Below, one piece after another: positions 58,876 through 64,000 of a stretch of 64,000 nt of DNA. Made by a program: the position numbers and the translations under genes. Position 1 is the stretch's first letter; each line of letters opens with the position of its first letter. Source of the DNA: Myxococcota bacterium. Lineage in GTDB: Bacteria > Myxococcota_A > SURF-8. The DNA lies in assembly GCA_963674735.2 (NCBI GenBank), contig CAXXQS010000001.1:448001-512000 (forward strand), written 5' to 3'. The notes below the pieces were generated by a model. It was not told the DNA's origin and did no database searches. It saw only the letters and a program-made list of their open reading frames with translations.

Positions 58876-59235
58876 ATGTCGGTCGACGCAAGCTTTTCCA
58901 TTCGGAGCAGGGCCTTTTGGCTGTTTTGGCTTCTAGGCGGAATTCTTCTGTTTGCGGCCTGCATGGACCCCAACGAACTCGAAGCCGACGCGGTGTTGGT
59001 CGATTTTCGTATCACCCCCGCCGAGGCGGCCGCCGGAACGCAAAAAGACGTTCGCGCCCCGGACGGCAAGGTCTACACGCTCGTTGTCCCCAAGGGCGTG
59101 CGCGATCGAACCCCACTCAAACTGCCGCCCAAAGTGGCCGCAACCTATCCCTATCCTTTGTACTTCCGCGTGCGTGTTCTGCGGGCAGACCAGAACACCA
59201 CCGGGGATCTGTTGAATCGCAAGAAAGACAATTAG
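58876..59235 (+). CDS. Small lipoprotein with a DnaJ C-terminal-domain-like segment
   Basis: Lipobox FAAC; ITPAEAAAG.QKDVRAPDGK...VVPKGVRD..LKL...LYFRVRV. Confidence 0.6.
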   Translation: MSVDASFSIRSRAFWLFWLLGGILLFAACMDPNELEADAVLVDFRITPAEAAAGTQKDVRAPDGKVYTLVVPKGVRDRTPLKLPPKVAATYPYPLYFRVRVLRADQNTTGDLLNRKKDN

Positions 59236-60103
59236 GGCTTTTCCGCTTGGCGTCGCTTGGATGACGATTGCCGGCGAGGAGGTTTTTCGCGCATTGCGCT
59301 CGTTGCGCGGTTGGGTCGATTGACCATGGCTGCGCCGCAAGGACGATGCGGGAACTGCATTTGAGCTTCGGCGGGGCCGCTCGGCCAGCTCTCGCCCGGC
59401 GCGTTATTCGCTCGTTGCGCTCTTGGTCCGTTTTGCCGATCCCTTGAAATGACACAGAAATTCGGCGTACCGTTGTTTCCTCCGGATGCAATCATAGGGG
59501 AAAGCTAGGAATGCCCTAATATGTCACACATTCCGAGGCGCTTTCAAAGCAGAGGCCCGGATGGGAGGCGGGCGCAAATGCGTGTCGAGCGGTGGCCCGC
59601 TGCGTTTGTCCTTTAACGATGGGCTTTCACCGGATTTCGTTTCGGACGCGCTTGCGGCTGAGATGAATACAATAAGAGAAACGAGATGTAAATATAACTC
59701 AATGGATAGTATACTAAATATATTATAGTTATTGTAGATATTAGGCATACCTATTATGCAGTCGTAAGTGCTTGAAAATAAAGAGAAAGGGGCGAAACGT
59801 GAAAATGCCCCCGAGATACGCAGTGAAAACGGGACGAAATTCGGCAAAAACGAGGTGAAAGCAAGGAGATAGAAACTCCAGCGGGCCGTATTGGGGGCGA
59901 TTGGCTGCGAATTTCAGTTTTCGCGGCTTTCGGGTCACTATTAATCTTGCAATGACGGATACAATTTCTTAAAATGCATATAACGTAAATATAAGTTATG
60001 GTGACCGTCGCTTCACGACGTTTTTCGTCGGTGTTCGACGGTTGCCGAATGCTGGTGCCATCACTTAAAAACAGAGGTATTTCTCTGGTGAAAGGGGGTT
60101 GCG

Positions 60104-60925
60104 ATGACGCAATGGAAGACAGCCGCTTGGCCGGGAGTGAAAACCTTCAGTATCGGCGCCGTGGCCGGAGTTGCTCCCTTCCTTTTCATGTGCATCGTTC
60201 CCTGTTTGATACAGCCCGATCTAAAAAATCCGACGATTCCCACCCTGGCGCTGTGCCTGGCCGGTTTGCTCGTCGGGGCCATCACCATGATTCTGTTCGT
60301 TAAAGACGCGGCTATGGAAACGCCCAAACACACCAATAAAGATATATTCTTCTACGCGCTGGGCATTCCGGCCCTGTTGATCGGCATGATCAACAGTATC
60401 AGCAAGGATCTCGACCTGCAGAGTGAAAAGACCAAGGCTTCGGAAGTCATCAATGAGCAAGTGGCGGAGAAAACGACTGAAGGTGAAGCCAATCCGTTGG
60501 ATGCCAATGCGATTCTGGGGGGCGAGGCTTTCAATCTGCATGAATGGCTGGGCATCGGGACCGCCTATGCCGCCGGCGATGCGGATGAGATCAGCGAACC
60601 CGATTCGCGTCAGTCGACAAGGTCTAAGCTGATACGCCCTAAAATAAAGGTAAAATCGGATTACCGCTATCTCGTGTCGATTGCTCAGTTCGACAGTAAA
60701 AGCGATCCGGTTCTGCGCGAGAAATTGAAACAATATCTAGGGCAGACTTTCAATACGGCCAAGTATACGCCCCAAAACATCCAAGTTTACGAGATCGACG
60801 GCAAATACCACATCGTCTATTCCGAGCATTCAAAGTCCGAAGAAGCCGAAAAAGCCTATAAACTGCTGCGCATCAACGACCCGGACGTTTCGCCGCTGGT
60901 TTTAAAAGTGCCGATTAAGAAATGA
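60104..60925 (+). CDS. Hypothetical 3-TM protein with C-terminal SPOR-like domain
   Basis: Three hydrophobic segments; YLVSIAQF...YHIVY...EEAEKA..L. Confidence 0.65.
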   Translation: MTQWKTAAWPGVKTFSIGAVAGVAPFLFMCIVPCLIQPDLKNPTIPTLALCLAGLLVGAITMILFVKDAAMETPKHTNKDIFFYALGIPALLIGMINSISKDLDLQSEKTKASEVINEQVAEKTTEGEANPLDANAILGGEAFNLHEWLGIGTAYAAGDADEISEPDSRQSTRSKLIRPKIKVKSDYRYLVSIAQFDSKSDPVLREKLKQYLGQTFNTAKYTPQNIQVYEIDGKYHIVYSEHSKSEEAEKAYKLLRINDPDVSPLVLKVPIKK

Positions 60926-60988
60926 GTGGCGGCGGCGCTGTTTCGATTATAGAAAATTCACTCAAACGGTCGGAGTCATAAGTCAATT

Positions 60989-61468
60989 ATGTTGGATTAT
61001 CGAAAGTTTGATTCCCATCAGAAACTCAGCGTCTTGTTGAATTTGATCGGACAATTGTTCGACGAGGTAGGTCGTCTCAAAAAACTCAGATGGAATATCT
61101 GTGTTTTGGTTGTTTCCATGTTGTTGGGAATCGACACGTTTATCATAATGGGAAAAATCCCCTTGGAAAAGGTCCTAAGCTTGGCTGTCGTGCTGATTTC
61201 GTTGTTGATTTTCGTCTATGGTATGGTTTGTGTGCACATGGTGGAAAGAAAGCTTTGTGAAGAAATAAGCACTCTCAAAAAGTGTCGCCATATGCTTGGA
61301 CTGATGAGTGAAGGCGTTTATTGTGAGGAGTCGCTGATCAAGGGTGAATTCGAAAAACTCGAACATCTGCATCGCCGTAGGCTGTTCATGACGCTTGGTC
61401 TATACATGGCCATGGCCCTTTCTTTCTTGGCCAATATTGTTTTTGTCCTGTCACATGGCTCTCTTTGA
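60989..61468 (+). CDS. Hypothetical low-GC membrane protein (3 TM)
   Basis: GGAG RBS; helix-TM-TM-helix-TM pattern; AT-rich codons. Confidence 0.65.
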   Translation: MLDYRKFDSHQKLSVLLNLIGQLFDEVGRLKKLRWNICVLVVSMLLGIDTFIIMGKIPLEKVLSLAVVLISLLIFVYGMVCVHMVERKLCEEISTLKKCRHMLGLMSEGVYCEESLIKGEFEKLEHLHRRRLFMTLGLYMAMALSFLANIVFVLSHGSL

Positions 61469-61557
61469 TACAGACGAGTCGGGAAAATTCCTTTTTCTCA
61501 TCTCGTTCTGAACGGAGCGAGCCACGGATCGAGAACTCTGCCAGCCGTATCAAAACG

Positions 61558-61595
61558 AAAAAAAGCCGGAAACCGTTTGAAAACGGCCTCCGGCT
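61558..61595 (-). terminator. Intrinsic terminator
   Basis: agccgga..ccgttt/aaacgg..tccggct hairpin with a U7 run on the minus strand. Confidence 0.7.
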
Positions 61596-61621
61596 CTGTT
61601 GGGATGCGGATCAGGTGTCGG

Positions 61622-62533
61622 TTACGGGCAGTGGATCGTGATGGTGCAGCCGTAGCCCGTGAAGCTGCTTCCGTCCGTGAAAGACGGCGGGGTGTTGCCG
61701 TGCACGTTGTCTTCGCAATCCATGAAACAGTTGTTGTCGTCCCCGCAAATCGAGGCGCAATAAACCGAGAACCAGCCCGAGCATTGGGTGTCGTCGTCCC
61801 AACCGTCGCAGCCCTCACTGCTGAAGGTCGTTCCCGGCGGGGTGCCCGAACAATTGTTGCTGCTTTCGCAGAAGCAACCGCAAGTGGAAGGATCATCGCC
61901 ATCGGGATCATCGCCGTCGGGGTCGTCGCCGTCGGGATCGTCGCCGTCGGGATCGTCGCCGTCGGGATCGTCGCCATCGGGGTCGTCGCCGTCCGGGTCG
62001 TCGCCGTCGGGGTCGTCGCCGTCCGGGTCGTCGCCGTCGGGGTCGTCGCCGTCCGGGTCGTCGCAGTAGGTACAGGAAATACGTGCTTCGAAGTTGCCCT
62101 TGGCCCCGTTGCGGCCATCGACAACCAGGTAATACACGGCCGGATCGAGGCACATGGAAGCCTCTTTATCGCCATAAGCGAGCAGGGATGCGGCTTCGTC
62201 GCATTTACGTAAAATGAAATAATCCGCCTCGAAATCCGCGCTGATTTCCTCGATTTTCACAATGACGGGTTCGGCGTCATTTTGCGGGACTTCGTAAATG
62301 ATTTCGGGGCCCGACTCATCCCAACTCACGCCGCTGTAATTGTCGAGCGTGCTGTCCGTCAAGTCGCTCGTGGAACCGCTGACGACGTCGCCGCATTTCT
62401 TCTTGATCACCGTGCATTCGTTGGTGTCGTCGCCATCGGCATCATCGCCATCATCCGAACTCATGCACCCGAATGACAGGATCAGTATCAGTGTGCAAAG
62501 CGTCAACAGGCCCCCAAAGCATCGTTTGTTCAT
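61622..62533 (-). CDS. Lipoprotein with PPC-like domain, (PDGDD)11 linker and Cys-rich C-terminus
   Basis: GGAGG RBS; lipobox SFGC; SDDGDDADGDD; GPEIIY...YYLVVDG..G.KGNF. Confidence 0.85.
   Translation of the reverse strand: MNKRCFGGLLTLCTLILILSFGCMSSDDGDDADGDDTNECTVIKKKCGDVVSGSTSDLTDSTLDNYSGVSWDESGPEIIYEVPQNDAEPVIVKIEEISADFEADYFILRKCDEAASLLAYGDKEASMCLDPAVYYLVVDGRNGAKGNFEARISCTYCDDPDGDDPDGDDPDGDDPDGDDPDGDDPDGDDPDGDDPDGDDPDGDDPDGDDPDGDDPSTCGCFCESSNNCSGTPPGTTFSSEGCDGWDDDTQCSGWFSVYCASICGDDNNCFMDCEDNVHGNTPPSFTDGSSFTGYGCTITIHCP
61892..62062 (-). repeat. 15-bp tandem repeat x11 (PDGDD)
   Basis: Units (a/g)tc(a/g)tcgcc(a/g)tc(c/g)gg counted directly. Confidence 0.95.
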
Positions 62534-63094
62534 GATTGCCCTCCGATTGTCGTTTGTTTCCCCATCATTCAATCTCTCGATTGAAACCGAATTTACGACC
62601 GCCGGCGCCGAATCTCGGCACGCTTCGCACCCTATCGGGACGGTCGCTTACAAATCATAATTGTTGAATTCCCGTGATTATTATACGAAGAAAGTGCAGG
62701 GTGTCAATCTCCATCAAAAGCGTTTTGCGACGGGTTTCGATGCCGGAGCTTTCCCTTTAAGATTATTTTAGGAATCGCGTGTCGGCTCTTTCGAGGATGT
62801 CGACAGCCGCGCTCGGACAGTGCCGCATTTTATGTGGCGGACGCCCGATGATGTCAAGGCTGCTTAAGGAAAACACCGAGAACATCTTGACTGGCGGTCA
62901 TTGTATTCGTAGTTGAGGCGGGCGGAGACGTGACTTCGCGGTTGTCGTGTTCGGCTTGCATGTGATGCTGTTATTCTGTAGGTGTCTTGTTTCATCTGCT
63001 GGGGATCTACTCACTCGGGGGAAGATCATTTTTTCTTTCAGGTGATATCTCGATCACAGATAATGCGACTGGTATCCGGCGGTGTAGCCGGATT

Positions 63095-63970
63095 TTACGT
63101 TGTTGCCTTGGAACCCATTCGCGCCGGTAGAGCATTGGGATCACTGAGAAAAGCCAACAGATCAGTTGCAAATGCGTCGGGTGCATCGAGGTGGGGATAG
63201 TGCCCGCATTTCGTGTAGGTGGTGAGGGCGATATTCCCTGAGCGTTTGGCCATCTCTCGGCCATGGCGGATCGGGATGATAGGATCCTTCTCACCCCAAA
63301 ACAGGGCGACCGGCGGCATGTCGGCGATTTCTTCAGAGCGCTGGGAGGTCTGCATGTACTGGCCGAAGACGTTGATGACGCCCGCCAGCGTTCTCTGGAA
63401 GGCCATCTCCGTGCCGGGAATGCGACTCATTTCAATGAAGCGCTCCTGCTCGACCGGCTCCATGTTTCCGAACGTGCCGGAGATATATTTCAGAATACGC
63501 GGCATCACGTAACGAAGTGCATGCGGCGTGATCTTGGGGCCGAAGAACGGAAACGCCGCCAATCGCATCCCCAGCGCAACCCCTCGGCCCAGTCCCCCGG
63601 CCGACACCAGCGCCAGGCGGTCGGTCCGCTCCCGATGCTTGAGCAACATCCACTGTGCGACGCCACCGCCGTAAGAATGCCCGCAGACATGAGCCTTATC
63701 GACCCCAATGGCCGCCATCCAATCCGACACGATGTCAGCATTCCAATCCAGGGTGTAGGAGGCAGACGGACGGCCCGAATAGCCGTTACCCGGCAGATCG
63801 ACCATCAGGACCCGGTAATTCGGTGCCAGTAACGGAGCCACCCGCCGCCAGGTGCGGTGCGAGTCGAATAGCCCATGCAATAGCACCAGGGGCGGGCCGT
63901 CGCCCATCTCGCCCCACGCGATGGTGGTATCCTGCACGTGGGTTTCGTGTGGGTTTCCGATCATGTCCAT
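63095..63970 (-). CDS. Alpha/beta fold hydrolase
   Basis: LLHG, DLPGNGYS, GHSYGG nucleophile elbow, WGEKD, CGHYPH. Confidence 0.93.
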   Translation of the reverse strand: MDMIGNPHETHVQDTTIAWGEMGDGPPLVLLHGLFDSHRTWRRVAPLLAPNYRVLMVDLPGNGYSGRPSASYTLDWNADIVSDWMAAIGVDKAHVCGHSYGGGVAQWMLLKHRERTDRLALVSAGGLGRGVALGMRLAAFPFFGPKITPHALRYVMPRILKYISGTFGNMEPVEQERFIEMSRIPGTEMAFQRTLAGVINVFGQYMQTSQRSEEIADMPPVALFWGEKDPIIPIRHGREMAKRSGNIALTTYTKCGHYPHLDAPDAFATDLLAFLSDPNALPARMGSKATT

Positions 63971-64000
63971 GCAAAGGCTCCGTTCCCGGAAGGAATTAAG

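Noticed and set aside
61892-62062. Tandem repeats here and at 4140 and 19511 as CRISPR arrays
   Set aside because: In-frame 15/18-bp coding repeats with no unique spacers and no cas genes.
62580-63094. Possible gene or RNA in this intergenic gap
   Set aside because: Only short ORFs without recognisable motifs and no convincing structure.

Overview
GC-rich bacterial chromosomal segment. It is most consistent with a deltaproteobacterial/Myxococcota-like lineage (inferred from Cys-rich PPC/EGF lipoproteins, MYXO-CTERM-like tails and a TIGR02147-type protein). Housekeeping genes are truB-rpsO-pnp, psd, a dGTPase, an AarF/UbiB kinase, thrS, trmJ, udp and an amidase. They are interspersed with many secreted or surface proteins. 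No rRNA, tRNA, CRISPR array, integrase or transposase was found. Most notable: (1) a TIGR02147-like HTH regulator followed by a 50-aa signal-peptide ORF ending in TSTVGNP, then a lipoprotein S9 peptidase (candidate peptide-signalling module); (2) at least six lipoproteins sharing acidic DGD repeat linkers after the lipobox; (3) a pair of paralogous Cys-rich proteins with MYXO-CTERM-like tails flanking a site-2 protease; (4) a CheA with two Hpt domains and an MshEN-like c-di-GMP-binding motif in a minimal RR-cheA-cheW cluster; (5) a uORF/terminator leader ahead of a MATE pump and a separate candidate sRNA ahead of trmJ; (6) four PhaR-like boxes upstream of, and partly over, a phasin-like gene promoter; (7) a B12/radical-SAM-like protein that lacks the CxxxCxxC motif. 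All family assignments were made by eye from motifs; no searches were run.
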